From contig JBNZDD010013708.1 of the NCBI GenBank assembly GCA_050575255.1, forward strand, positions 7,566,592 through 7,630,591: 64,000 nt of DNA. Direction: 5' to 3'. Source of the DNA: Harriotta raleighana (taxonomy: Eukaryota). Positions 24,561 to 36,786 of this stretch are shown here, one piece after another; position 1 is the stretch's first letter; each line of letters starts with the position of its first letter. The translations under genes were made by a program, and so were the position numbers. The notes under the pieces were generated by a model. It was not told where the DNA came from and did no database searches. It was given only the letters and a program-made list of their open reading frames with translations.

Positions 24561-25329
24561 TTGTGCAATAGTGAAATCAGGTGGGTTACATTTAAAACCA
24601 CAGTCCGATGTAAACTGAGCAAATTGATCTTGTGGGGGCTCATCTAAAGAGGTGTTTATTAATTTTTAAATAGTTTTGAGACATTGCTCTGCATGAACAG
24701 CACTATATTAATTCAAGTTGTTGGTGTTTTTACTAAGTACAATGGTACTGATCACGAAAACATCCAATTTTTTTACAAATCTCAAATGGGGAAAAAATAA
24801 CATGCAAAGTGCCTCCAGTTTTTACTAACATGCGGATTTGTACTGGCTCAATATAGTATAGTCGCATGAAAACAGAACAGCCTAGCTTTGTTAATGTAGA
24901 ATCTTATGACCGGAACCACATAAACTTTTGTACACTGTAAGATCTGGTATTTCTTCTCTGGCTCAGTTCTATCAGAAGTGCAGTAGGAATAATCATCATC
25001 TCTCATAAAATGCCTGCATTGTTTCTCTTGCTATTTTACTCTTGTGTATTTTTCTGAATGGCCTGACTGGTTCAATAAGGGCGCAAACCAAAGATCAAAA
25101 CTGCATTAAGATAAATGGATAAATTAGGGTCTTGTTTTTCCCTCTCTGTCATCCAGAACATGGTGAGACCAATGTTAGGTGCTCTATCTGGCCTCTCCTA
25201 ATCCAGCACAGATTGAAGATTGAATCTGGGACCTTTCTTAGCTGTACATCCTAGAGATGTGCAGCCTGATCTGTGTAGCCTAGTTTCTTACCAGGTGATG
25301 TGTTTGCCAAAACTGTGCAAATGCACAGA

Positions 25330-26180
25330 GGAGCACTATTCCAGATTATCTGCCCTGGGTGCTATTCTATTATGGGTTAAGAATGTTATTCCTCAAGAAT
25401 ACCTTTCCTGTCCTCTTTGTTCCCTTTTGATTCAGCACAAAGAATGTTGCCTCAATCTAAAATACCGATTCCCTTTCATGATTTTTAAATCTTTAATCAT
25501 GCCCCACATCAAGGCTAATTGATTTCATATCGATTTGCACCTTGACTGCCTTTTTTAGTGGTCTTTCCAAAATAGCTCAATCTTATACTGTAGTAAATTG
25601 GTGACCACAACTGGACACACTTCTCCAAGTGGTTTAGCATCACTTGTTCTAAAACCATTGCAGATATTTTGGGATACACTATTTATATAGTTTAGTGTTC
25701 CAGGCATTTGGTGCCAAGCAATGTGATAGCCCTTAAAAATTGTGGGCATCTAGCATACATGAATATTGTTTTTCCTACACCCCTTTATATATTTATTGTA
25801 TTTATCTTTTGGAATCATATTTTGCTCTTTATACCCTGTGTGCCTTTTCTCAGTCAAGAATGCAGTTTGATAATTTTTTCCATGTGAAAGGATTTATGGA
25901 AATGCAAGTTGGGTGTACTTTGGTACCTCTCGGACTACTTTTTAAGGGTTCTTGAATTGATATCCTTTTCCTTTGATCAACCTGCTCTGATGCATGAGTT
26001 GGTGTCATCCTCGAACTTAAGACATTCTACTTACAATACCTTTGTTGAAGTCATTAATAAATATTCAGGAGCAATCCCAGAGGGATGTTGCGGGTCACAG
26101 CTGCCCTATTATCCAGCCAATTGATAATCCAATTTCCAACTTCATTTTGGATCCCTCGGGCTTTCAAGCCAGGGACTCGT
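25330..26180 (-). mobile_element. Decayed CR1 LINE reverse-transcriptase region
   Basis: Minus-strand remnants in the expected order: LKARGIQNEVGNWIINWL, VTRNIPLG (cf. VTSGVPQG), KFEDDT (cf. KFADDT) and HLEKCVQLWSP (cf. HLEYCVQFWSP). Confidence 0.8.
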
Positions 26181-29100
26181 TGGTTATGTTTTGTTTTGTG
26201 ATTTAGGTGGCAGAACAGAATACAGTTGAGTGGCAAAAGCAGATGTCTCACATTTGACCCCTTTGGTTGTTGAGTGCACGGAAGGAGTTGGAGAAACGTT
26301 TATTGACGCACACTAAAATGCAGGTTAGAGGTTTCCTAGAGCCTTGCGGCTGGTTCTGTCAGATCCCTAGCTCTGCAAGTGACCGGTAATTATATAGTTG
26401 AACTTCTGCACAAGAAAGAAACAGGAATTCCAGGTACTTCCATTCTCTGGGGACTTCTATGTGCAGGAAAAACCACACTGAACATTGAAGTGGAGCTCTT
26501 GCCATCTTGCTGTAATGGTGCATTCACATGCAAAGAATCTCTGAACCCTTGCAAGAAAATATTGACCTCCACCACAAAATGACTTCAGTTCAATGAAAGC
26601 AGTTGCATTCCAGAGCTTGTTAATGGAGCCCCACTCGCGTAGTATTACATTGATGCATTTTAGTATAAATGTAAACAGGGCTCTGGTCGTTTGAGCCAGC
26701 ACAATAAATATTAATATGTTATTCATCTCTTGGCAAACAAAGTATTTGTGACTCGCCTAAATAGGTGTCACTTTTTAAAAAAATTACAAAAGAGAGTGCA
26801 ACGTCCGTTAAAGATTAAGGATTGTGTTTGTGAAGAGATACAACTGAGATGAAGCGAGATAGCTGCAAAATTAATTGAAGGGCTGGCGTTGGAAGATACA
26901 TAGGCAGAGTGACGTAAAGCATGATTGAAACATTAAGGCATTCCTTGCTCGAAAAAGTATCCCACCCCTGGCTAGTTTTCTAGTCCTGGTTTGGATCCAA
27001 GGTTTTTTTTCCTCATAAATTTAGAATAAATAAAACTCCAGGGAAAAATAGCCAGAGAACGCACTGTGTATCTCATTCCAAATAGTCAAACAAATACCTT
27101 TGAGCAATAAAATCAAAGGTTAGTATATTTTATATAAAATGGGGGTGGGTGGTGTGGGGGTGGATGGGGTGGTGAGAGAAATGTGGTAAACATTTTATAT
27201 ATATATGTGTATGTTATATACAGTATTTGATTGACTGATTGGTTGTGTGGCTGTAAATGGCCAAAATGGGGAAGTTTGTATGAATAACACTGCTCTCAAT
27301 AACAAGCTACAGTATGTGGTTTTAGCTAGTTGAACTCCAACAATCATCCCAACACACAATCTGGTGACCTCCAAGCCTTGGCTCTTGCCATTCTGTACCT
27401 AATACTCTCCGGGATTAGAAAATTAGTGTGCGTTTCTCTGGAGAGACAGTATTCATTCCACTCCAGATTCAGGGATATTTCCATGCTATACATATGTGGA
27501 ACTCTGTCTACTTAATAGAATCTTAAGCATGGTGATGGGTTTCCACCTAACTCAGACTGACCAAAAATAATTGGCTCATGATATCTGATTGCTGCAAAAG
27601 TGTGACTGAAGTGAACTGTTCTGATTCTAGTTTATTTAATAAGAAGATGAGTCCAGCATTTATTATGTGAGACTATTGAGGGTGAAAATGGTGATGGAAG
27701 TCCAACTTCGGGAGAATGTTTTTTAAAATGCTGACTAATCAATCCTTCATGAAAACGGTTTACTGTCAATTTACTGACCCACAGCTGATTGCTTGATGGA
27801 TTTCAGTAAGACTTGGGAGAATCATTAGTAAGCTTTTCCAGAGAGAATTGCAATGTGGTGTACTAAATGTTGAGCTGTGAATTTGCTGCGTGTAGTCAAA
27901 GATGGTATGCAGTAATGACATTGTTGAAGAGCATATTTTATATATGGGATGGGAGAGAAATGTTGTATGCATTGTATATTTATGTAATTATTATCAATGT
28001 TCTTCAAATATACAATGTGTGTGTATGAGAAAGTGCATGTGCAAGAAATAACAGCATACAATCCACAAATTCCGAACAAGGTCTCTTCAGCATTCTTCTC
28101 GGGACTAAAATACTGTAGGTTTTTTTTCTTGATATCCCTTATGTATAATTACTATCAATGCTTTTGCATCAGTTATTCAAATAATCTTCATGTAAAATAT
28201 TTAACAAGATCATATTGCTGCAATGGTATGGCACCGGGCTGTGAACCCGCTTGAACGCTTGATAACTGTTGCAGTTTAGAATGCACATTTGGACGTGCCT
28301 GTAAAATTCAGATCACATGTTCAGATATACTGAGAATGTTTTATCGCAAATTAATATACTGTATAAGCAACATTACCAATAGTTGATCTTAATTTTCTTT
28401 GCCTGCAATAGAAATGTTATGTGAAGTGATAGAATTTCAGAAAACGTAGGGTTAGCAATTGAAGCAGCTTTACCATCCCTGGTAGTTTAGTCACTTCAGC
28501 AATGAGCTTGCCTTCAGAGTCTCAGTGCATTCACTCAGTTCTTCGTTATTTCAAGACTGATAAAATGAATCCTAAAAACACCTTGAGGAAACTTACCGTT
28601 ACAGTCTAAAAATCTAAAAATCAAATGTTCGAAGAATTGTCATTGACTGTAAAAGTAACCTCTCTGTTTGCTTGTTTGGATCTTTCTGTCTTTTTCTCTA
28701 AAATATGTTTAATTTCACATTGAACTCCGAGGTTAGCAGTCGTTTGTTTGGTGCTGCCTTGGAGCAGTTGCTGAGCACGACAGTCACGCTGTTTATGCTG
28801 CACATCTGCTCTGTCGTACAGCTTGAAACAGTCAAGAATTTCCCCCTCCTTTGGGTGAAACTGCTGTGTTTATACCGAAGCTGGGTGGAGTGAGGGGAGT
28901 TCACAAAACATAGGTTTTGTGTAAATCACGCCAACAGTGACTAAAACCAAGGCAGCGCCAACTCTCCCTCTTCTTTTCAACAGCTTTCCAAGTAGCTTTG
29001 ATGCAACTTACCCCAGGAATATAGGAACAGTCAGCTCATCGAGCCTACTCCCTCCCTTTATTGTTTCATTAGCTTCTTCCAGTTCAAAAAAACGAACAAA

Positions 29101-29682
29101 AACATTTATTTCAAACTGAATCCACTCCAGCACACTATACACAAGCACCCACATGCGAGAGCACACACATATACACACACACACCACCCCCACACACACA
29201 CACACACACAAACCAGGTGTTGACAAAGCGCTTTGAGACGTCTCAAAGAAGTGGTGAGGCGCTATATTATTATTATAATATTATAAAATGCTGCTTTGCC
29301 CACATTTTAACCTTCTTTGTTTTTGAAGTCCTGTCAATTTTGTTGAAATCACTGGGGGCTGGAACAGAACAAATAGGGGAATAACTCACTCCACTAACTC
29401 GTCCAACACAATCTGGCGATTCAGTGTCAATACACAGTTGGGAGCTCCACCTTTGAAGAAGAGGATAGTTTTATTTGTCGGGAATGGTTTGTAACGGAAA
29501 CCTCCTACTGTTGAAACCAAGGCTTCGGCTTCCATTTGCTACCATAACAAGGCTAAGGCACAAGATCAGTTAGGATGAAGAAAGCTCACCTGATCTCATC
29601 CCTCCCAAACACTCAATCTACGGTCTTCCCCGCACAGCATTGTGAGGCAGTGAGACCAACATCCGCGGTGATTACCCATTGT

Positions 29683-29997
29683 GGTATTCTGTAGCTCCGT
29701 GGTTAGAGCACTCACCTTACAAGTGTGAGACCTGCGTTCAATTCCAGGCAGGGCGAAACCTTGGCTAAATTTTCTTACTCCACACGCCTAATAATAATCC
29801 CACAAAAAGAAAACAATAACAAATTGGTCATTTCAATCCACGACTGTTTGTGGGACACTGCTGTGCACAATTGGCTGCCACCTGTCGCTCACATACATAC
29901 ACATTCAATTCACTTTACAGTATATTCCGTGAAGCGCTTCAAGACGTCTAGAAGACGTGAAATGGGCTATATGATATGCAAGGATTATGATCATTAT
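29683..29997 (+). mobile_element. tRNA-Deu-L2 SINE, full length, short subtype
   Basis: tgtagctccgtggttagagc...gttcaattcc, Deu core, then aagacgtctagaagacgtgaaa...gcaaggattatg. Confidence 0.92.
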
Positions 29998-30089
29998 CTA
30001 CCCAAGAGTACTCGAGTTTCAATTTAGAATCGCAGAATATTATAACACAGAACGAGACCATTCAGCCCATCGTGCCTAGGCCAGCTCTT

Positions 30090-30322
30090 TCCCCATGCCT
30101 TCAGCCACTACATCCCGGGGCCCTGGAACTCCCTTCATCACTCCTTTCGCCTCGCCTCCTCTCTTCCTATTTGCAGTTTTCGGTTAAAGACCTTTCTTTT
30201 TGACCAACCTTTCGGTCACCTTTTTCCCCCTCCCCCTGGCTCGGCCCCAGGATCCGTTATTGTGAAGCGCTCTGAGACGCCGTCCGGCGTGGGGGGAGCT
30301 ACATAAATCCAAGTTGTTGTTT
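30090..30322 (+). mobile_element. L2 LINE 3' end, preceded by a short minus-strand CR1 tail (~30027-30090)
   Basis: ccctggaactcccttc (WNSL)...ttaaagacctttctttttgaccaacctttcgg (LKTFLF)...gaagcgctctgagacgccgtccggcgtg...caagttgttgtt. Confidence 0.8.
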
Positions 30323-31459
30323 AAGCAATTCCCATTTAAAAGCTGGATTTACAGACTCCGCTTGGGTTGCAGTGTTAAGGGCGGAGCATTCTGCGTCCGA
30401 AGAAACTAAAAGGAAAGGCAAGAGTTAAAAATGATAATTGGATTTTACTCTGGGAAAGCACACACTATCTACTGATGGTGATAGTAACAGTGTGAATGAC
30501 TGAAACCGAGTCTTGAATCCACAAAAGTGTTTTGTGAGGGAACATGGATAGTATTTGTTGTGAACTTGTGGAACCCGATGAAAGCCATTGACAAACACAC
30601 CACTAACTTTGAAATGAACAATTTGTTTTCTTTTAAAAAAAAGTTTATCAACTGTTTGCCCCGAATGAAGAGAATCAATCCTTTTGCCTGCTCTCCTCCC
30701 CACTTCTCCCTTCCCTTTCCTACCTATTCCCTCACTCCCTGACTTATACACATCCGCAAATCTGGAAGATTGTGAATGACTCCTTATTCCACACGCATTG
30801 CAGATAAAGAACTGCCACATTATTTATTGTAGCGATGACACAGTGCAGACTTTCCTCTAAGTACCTTTTCCAGTAATATATAAATGTTGGGACTAATCTT
30901 AAAAAGAGAGTGTGCAGCTGTCTAACCAAACATTTCTCCAGAAAATGCATTCTTTCTAATACTAGCAAACAGAGCTATACGACAAACCAACCTGTTTTGC
31001 ATCTCAAGCAAAATAGTTTGTATATCACATTACAATCCACTGCTTGAATACAGTCAAAAAACATAAGCAGATTTTTCCACATAATCAGTTCAGCAGAAAT
31101 GCCAGTCCATTAAATTCTTTTATGCAGTTTCCCCTTATCCTACAGAATTTCATCTGCTGGATGCAAGCCTGACGATAATCTTTAACAGAGTGTTTTAAAT
31201 ATGAGACTCTTCCATCTCTGTGGACAAGGATGCCGTAATGAAAAGATTAACATAAAGGAGCTTTGCTGTCATTAACACGTTCCATAACAACAAATCTGCG
31301 TGTGTTAACTCCTTGTGAAGTGGACCTGGGGATCCACTGTGATCCTCTCCTAAACTAGCACCAGTTTAGGATTTTCCAAACTTCTCCTTCTCTCGGAATG
31401 TGCTATCCACACATCCTTTATTCTGGGACACTGTACTGTATTATAGTCGAGTATGGCCT

Positions 31460-31718
31460 GTGATTGAAGGGGAGGGGTTCAAAACAAATCTGTGGCAACC
31501 CTATTTCCGTGAGCGAGTGGCAAATGTATGGAATAGGCTCCTTTGGGAGACGATGGAAGCAGAAATTGTTGATTCTTTCAAAAGCAAATTTGGTGTGTTT
31601 ATTTTAGGAAATAATATCTTGGAATACGGTATATACTTTGGGACATGACATGTGCATGCAGCTGCCAGGATGCTGGAAGCCGAACTGGTGTTCTTTTGTC
31701 TGACAATTCTTATGCTCC
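31460..31718 (+). mobile_element. CR1-type LINE 3' end
   Basis: ORF 31400..31648 contains FKTNLWQPYFRERVANVWNRL...EAEIVDSFKSKF, the CR1 ORF2 C-terminal motif; same family as 23545-23802. Confidence 0.82.
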
Positions 31719-31758
31719 CAAAGATGTTTATCTTGTTTGGAGGTTGGGATTTGAATTG

Positions 31759-31809
31759 GTGTGTGTTTGTGTGTGTGTTCGTATGTGTGTGTGTGTGTGT
31801 GTGTGTGTG
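31759..31809. repeat. Interrupted (GT)n microsatellite
   Basis: Visible directly; other (CA/GT)n tracts at ~3979, ~9938, ~13787, ~22915 and ~29160. Confidence 0.95.
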
Positions 31810-31985
31810 ATATTTCATGGTAATTTCTTTAATCCCCCCTGCCCCAACCCGGAACCTAGAAATGACAATGATCCATCGGTACAGTGTGTTATGAGGGACT
31901 TTTCCTGATAACAGTTCTGATGTGATGATTATCTCATCTAATCGGATTGGCTTTAAACATGGCATTTTTCACACCCTTCCCTACA

Positions 31986-32239
31986 CATGTGCTGCTGTCT
32001 TGTTCACTGTTTATGAAATGCTCGGTTTCAGCTTCACTTCTTGTGTGACAATCACATTAACCTCTTGTTAAAATCCCTGATCGTTGAGTGACTTGGACGT
32101 TCACCTNCCATGTGCTGCTGCTGTCTTGCTCACTGTTTATGAAATGCTCGGTTTCAGCTTCACTTCTTGTGTGACAATCACATTCCAATTTAACCTCTTG
32201 TTAAAATCCCTGATCGTTGAGTGACTTGGACGTTCACCT
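31986..32239. repeat. Near-identical tandem duplication (31986-32106 / 32109-32239) across a single N
   Basis: Copies differ by one extra gct, one substitution and a 7-bp indel; N at 32107. Confidence 0.9.
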
Positions 32240-32294
32240 AATATGAAAAGAGCTATACAAATATAATTTGTTGCTGCTGTTGTTGTTGTTACAG

Positions 32295-32669
32295 ATTCCT
32301 GCCAGCACATAAATCTGGCCACGGTCAGCAGGCAACACAACTTCAAGATGGCGAAACAGTGAAGGATACATTTGTGTTACAAAACTGTGAAGAGGGTGAT
32401 GGATTGATGGAGGAAAGGCTTTCAGGTCTGGAACCTGGATATGTTGAGAAACAGCTCGGCAGGAATCACGACAGACTATTAATCCAGGCAGAACCACTGA
32501 CTGAGCCAAACTGTATCAAACAGACTGAAGATCCAATTGCTTATCGTGAAGAAAAAGATAAGGAACATATGGCCTTTAACCCCTGCAGCATGATGGGTGG
32601 GAATTTAGAAGGAAAGAGCAATGTGGCAGCCCAGGATAAGCCTTTACATATTGTCTGGCCTCACAGGTG
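32295..32669 (+). CDS. GTDC1: GTDC1/QTMAN internal coding exon (375 nt, phase 2-2): (R)FLPAHKSGHGQQ...QDKPLHIVWPHRW
   Basis: acag| acceptor at 32291-32294 and |gtgagt donor at 32670; open frame throughout. The ends resemble GTDC1 RFMPKHK... and ...LHIVWPHRW as I recall them; the middle is a diverged acidic linker. Confidence 0.93.
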
Positions 32670-35600
32670 GTGAGTACTTTCCGAGCAGTAACCTTGCCAC
32701 ATCGCCAACTTTGCATGGCCTGTCCCTGATAACATCGCCGACAAAGCTGTATCTTGTAATCTCTTCTAAACCAAGCAGAAATCGACTGCCCAGATAATCA
32801 CCACAAACATACACTCGTAGAGTTCAGCTTTGAGTGCTATGGGAAGGAAGTCAATTGGGATTAAGGGAAATGGGCGTGGGGTGGATGGGGGAGGGGGGCC
32901 GAGAAAGAGTAAGTTCAGGCGGGGGGGTGGGTGGGCCTCGTTAATCTTCCAGTGGTGAACATGAACATTTTGTTCTAGTTAACTCCTAGTTTGTTTAATC
33001 TGCATGTGGCCTGATTAGTGTTGGCTTCATCCGAGATTATGAGCTGTTTTTGAAAAGATGCTCAGAGAATCAGTGGGTCAGATTTTCATGGAGCAACTGT
33101 TTACAGGTGAAGCAATAAGTACACACACCGGCAAAGTAAATCATCTTTACACGGATTTGACTTCCAGTACATTAAAACTCCAGAAGCTTTCATTGCTGAT
33201 CTGCAGCAGCTGGTATCTAAAGGGATTTTCATCTTTGACTGCAGGGCCTTAAGAAACAAAATGTGACATTTCTGGTGACATAGCATAAAGCCTTAGCGGG
33301 GGATAAATTGTCATGGAATTAGTTTAGAAATCACGCCATAATGTGATTTCGTTTTTTTTTTAAATTAAGTCAGTATTTTCATATTTCAGTTCTTCCAAAA
33401 ATAATTAAATGTATTTAGCTGCCAAATGTTTCCACTTATACCTGCAGCCCCCGGATCACTGATGTATATATTAGTACGCACGTAGTATTTAGGACACAGA
33501 ATTTTTAATCACAGCAAATGTAGATCCACAGCAAGCAGCAGTTCCAGCTCAAGATTAATATACTCTTAAATAACAATGGTGATTGAGAGGGTTGTGGAAG
33601 CATAGCTCCTGTTTAGGACATCCTTTTAAATCAGACGGGGGGTATAGCAATGCTTTGAGGAACGTACAGTTTGGAAATAAGAGCGCAAATCTAATATACA
33701 GCACAAGTTATTCATTTCCCCAGCCTTGCCCTTGTGCTCTCGTTCTCCCATACGGCTTGTGAACATGGACAGAGATATTAACATATGGGGAAAAAATGTA
33801 CGTTGACATTTAATATAGTTCTACAAACCAAAAGTCGTAATAACACGACGCTAGCTCACTCGGTCGGTGTACATTTCTGATAAAAAGTCAGTGAGGTTAA
33901 TGTACTATACCTTTGAGAATTTAGAAAGAAAACAAGCAGGGAGCAGAAAAAAATGACAAAAACATCAAGCCAAGCTGTTTGTTGCCATTACCTAAGTGAG
34001 CTATGTCAGCTTTCTGGCCCACATCTGATAGATATTTGTTGTATAGAGAGCAAAAAATATCAAACTCTAATACTATTGTGTGCACATAACCATCTGTCAC
34101 CGGTAGCCTGGAGATGAGAGGAAGATTATGAGGAATAAACATTGAGCTGCAAAGCATTGGTAAAGCCTTCAGGCAAAAACTCTTGTGGGGACATCAAAGA
34201 CATTCTAATTCCAAGGCAGTCAAGGATTACAGTTTGTAACCTATGCTGACAACAGATAAATGGCAAGCAATATTGTGCTTGAGCTGTTGGGGGATGCATG
34301 GAGTATTGATGATGATGTTATCTTGCGGGATGGACTCTGTTGGGATAATTTCATGATAAAACACTTTTTCAAATGTCACCAGGTTCCTTGCCTTTTCTAG
34401 CTGGTTACTTTAATGTCAGGTTTGTTAATTAAGGGATACAAGAAATGAGGTGTGTGTGTGTATGTGGGGGTTTAGAGGAGAGAGGTAAGAAAATAGGTAA
34501 AGGTAGAATCAGAAAGGTGTAGAATATAGGAATGTTTTAAAATATCAGAAAATATTCCTCGTCACCCATAAACCTACGAACTGTTTCTATTTATTGTATC
34601 TTTTTTTTAAAAAAAATTCCGATCCTATCTCCTTCAAAATGACCTGTTGTGGTGTTGCTATTATTCCTCTTTCTATTCTGTCATGTCTTCATTTCCACCT
34701 CCTCCACGTCCCCTCCCCTCATCACCCCACCCTTCCCCACCGATTTCACTCGTGGGACTGAGGGAGCAATGTTCAAAAGGTGAGGAGAGGCAAACACAGA
34801 CAATGTTGCCATTTCCATGGCAACAGATTTATTTATTAGGACCTGAGATGGCATGTGTTAATATACCACATACCTGCTGATCAGCAAACTCCCTCTATTT
34901 CAGCTTCAGTTGACAATTAAGTCCTGGACAGATACAGTCAGGGGTTAATGTTACTCATTAGAAGAACTAGGTCATTACTGGGAAATCAAGGCACTTAAGA
35001 CAGCATGGGGGAAAAATACTAAATTCAGCATCTTGGTGGATGCAGCTCATACATTAATTAACCTCGCTTTCCTTGGTGAAAAATTCTGTTATCATACACG
35101 TGCACTGCCGTACACCAATTAATTGCAAAAGCTAGTTTACCATCATCCCTTCAGTTGTTTTTTTTTCCTCCTGCACGGGAGTTCCATTAGTTCCTGGAAA
35201 ATTCTAATGTCTATATGATGAGTTAAAAAGGGTATTAAAATTAAGAAGGGAATCATCATGGAAATCAGCTTTACCACAAGGGAATGGGCAAATAAGAGCC
35301 TCTGAAATTAAAATAAATAAGCTCTGTTAATACCACACCTTAGGAGCCTAATATGAACCCCGCAGAAATGGTGTAGTTAGAGGTGCTGCTTTAGATTATT
35401 ATTAAAATGTAACAGAGACATTTGACCTTCAGCAAAAAGCTATTGTAGTCTAAATCCACAGTCCTTGTAAATGCTGATGTTCTTGCTCTATACAAAAGAA
35501 TTAGTTTTGTATTTTCTGAAGCAGATTAGGCTCCGAGTTTGATCTTTTAACCTTCCAATGGGCATGATAGCGTTTTGTTTTCCATCCTTCACCACGGCCG

Positions 35601-36471
35601 AATGCAATAAATATGTTTTCACTTTGGTTTGTGAACGATAAGTCTGCAGATTTTTTGGGGAAGTAGGAGGTGTGGGTGGGGGTGGCGGTGGTGGGAGATG
35701 GAGAGACTATTCTACACAAGGTTGCAGCTACTTATGGAGTTCAAAACATTTGAGGTGGATTTTGAAATGGCGGGCAGTCGACAAGACAGAAAAAAATGCA
35801 CTCTCAAGGGTAAATGTGAATTTCGCATGTTCCCGGACAAGTGCAAAGATAAAAAGTTTGATCAATGTTGCGGTAGGGAGCTGTGTAATAAAACTGTGAA
35901 TCCATCTTGCACTAATTAGCGCTTGACTTTCAAAAAAAATCTATTGAAACCCTTATTTGTAATTCAAATCGGAGGTGTTTTACTTGTAGCATTTCCCTCT
36001 TAAGGAAACGGTCGCAAGAACGAAGAGACAATAAATACAATGCCATTGCTCTGAAATGATTCTATAACTCAATGTATTTTAGTGCACATCAGACAACTCT
36101 GAGCTGTCTACATTTTGCCTTTGGCTTTTGCACAGCCAGAGGCCACAAACTTTTTTGTGGAGGCTGGTGAGGCTTTTTCTCATAGAAATGAATAGCAGTC
36201 AACCGCCCCTCGGAACACACTGCTGTTAACATGTTTTACTGCCTCCGCCTAATCGTGAATCGTGTGTTGGTTTGTGAAGGGACTTGTAGCCCTGTTATGT
36301 AGATCAGCTTTGATAAAGCACTCAGTATCTGCATCCGTCAAATACTGCTACAGAAACCGCTTTCACCATCTTCCTGTTTAGAAAACATAAGAATGGTTAA
36401 CACGAGGTGGAGGGTTCCAAGGTTTCAGGGCTTGGGGACCAAAAGCTCGGAGGTGGAGGAGACGAAGAACA

Positions 36472-36786
36472 ATAATAATAATAATCATTGCATTTGATAC
36501 AGCGCTTTTCATGCCTTCTAGACGTCTCAAAGCGCTTCACAGAATATACTGTTAAGTGAACTGACTGTATATTTTGTGGGCGAAACGCAGCAGCCAGTTG
36601 TACGCAGCAGTTTCCCACAAACAGTCATTGATTGAAATGACCAATTTATTATGGATATTTTTTCAGCGATTATTATCAGGCATGTGAAGAAAGGAAACTT
36701 GCCCAGATTTCAACCTGCCTAGAATCGAACCCAGGTATCTCGCTTGCAAGGCGAGTGCTCTAACCACTGAGCTTTCGGACTCCATA
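36472..36786 (-). mobile_element. tRNA-Deu-L2 SINE, full length, short subtype, adjoining decayed L2 sequence (~36790-37010)
   Basis: Reverse complement atggagtccgaaagctcagtggttagagcactcgccttgcaagcgag...gggttcgattc, Deu core, (tta)n. Confidence 0.92.
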
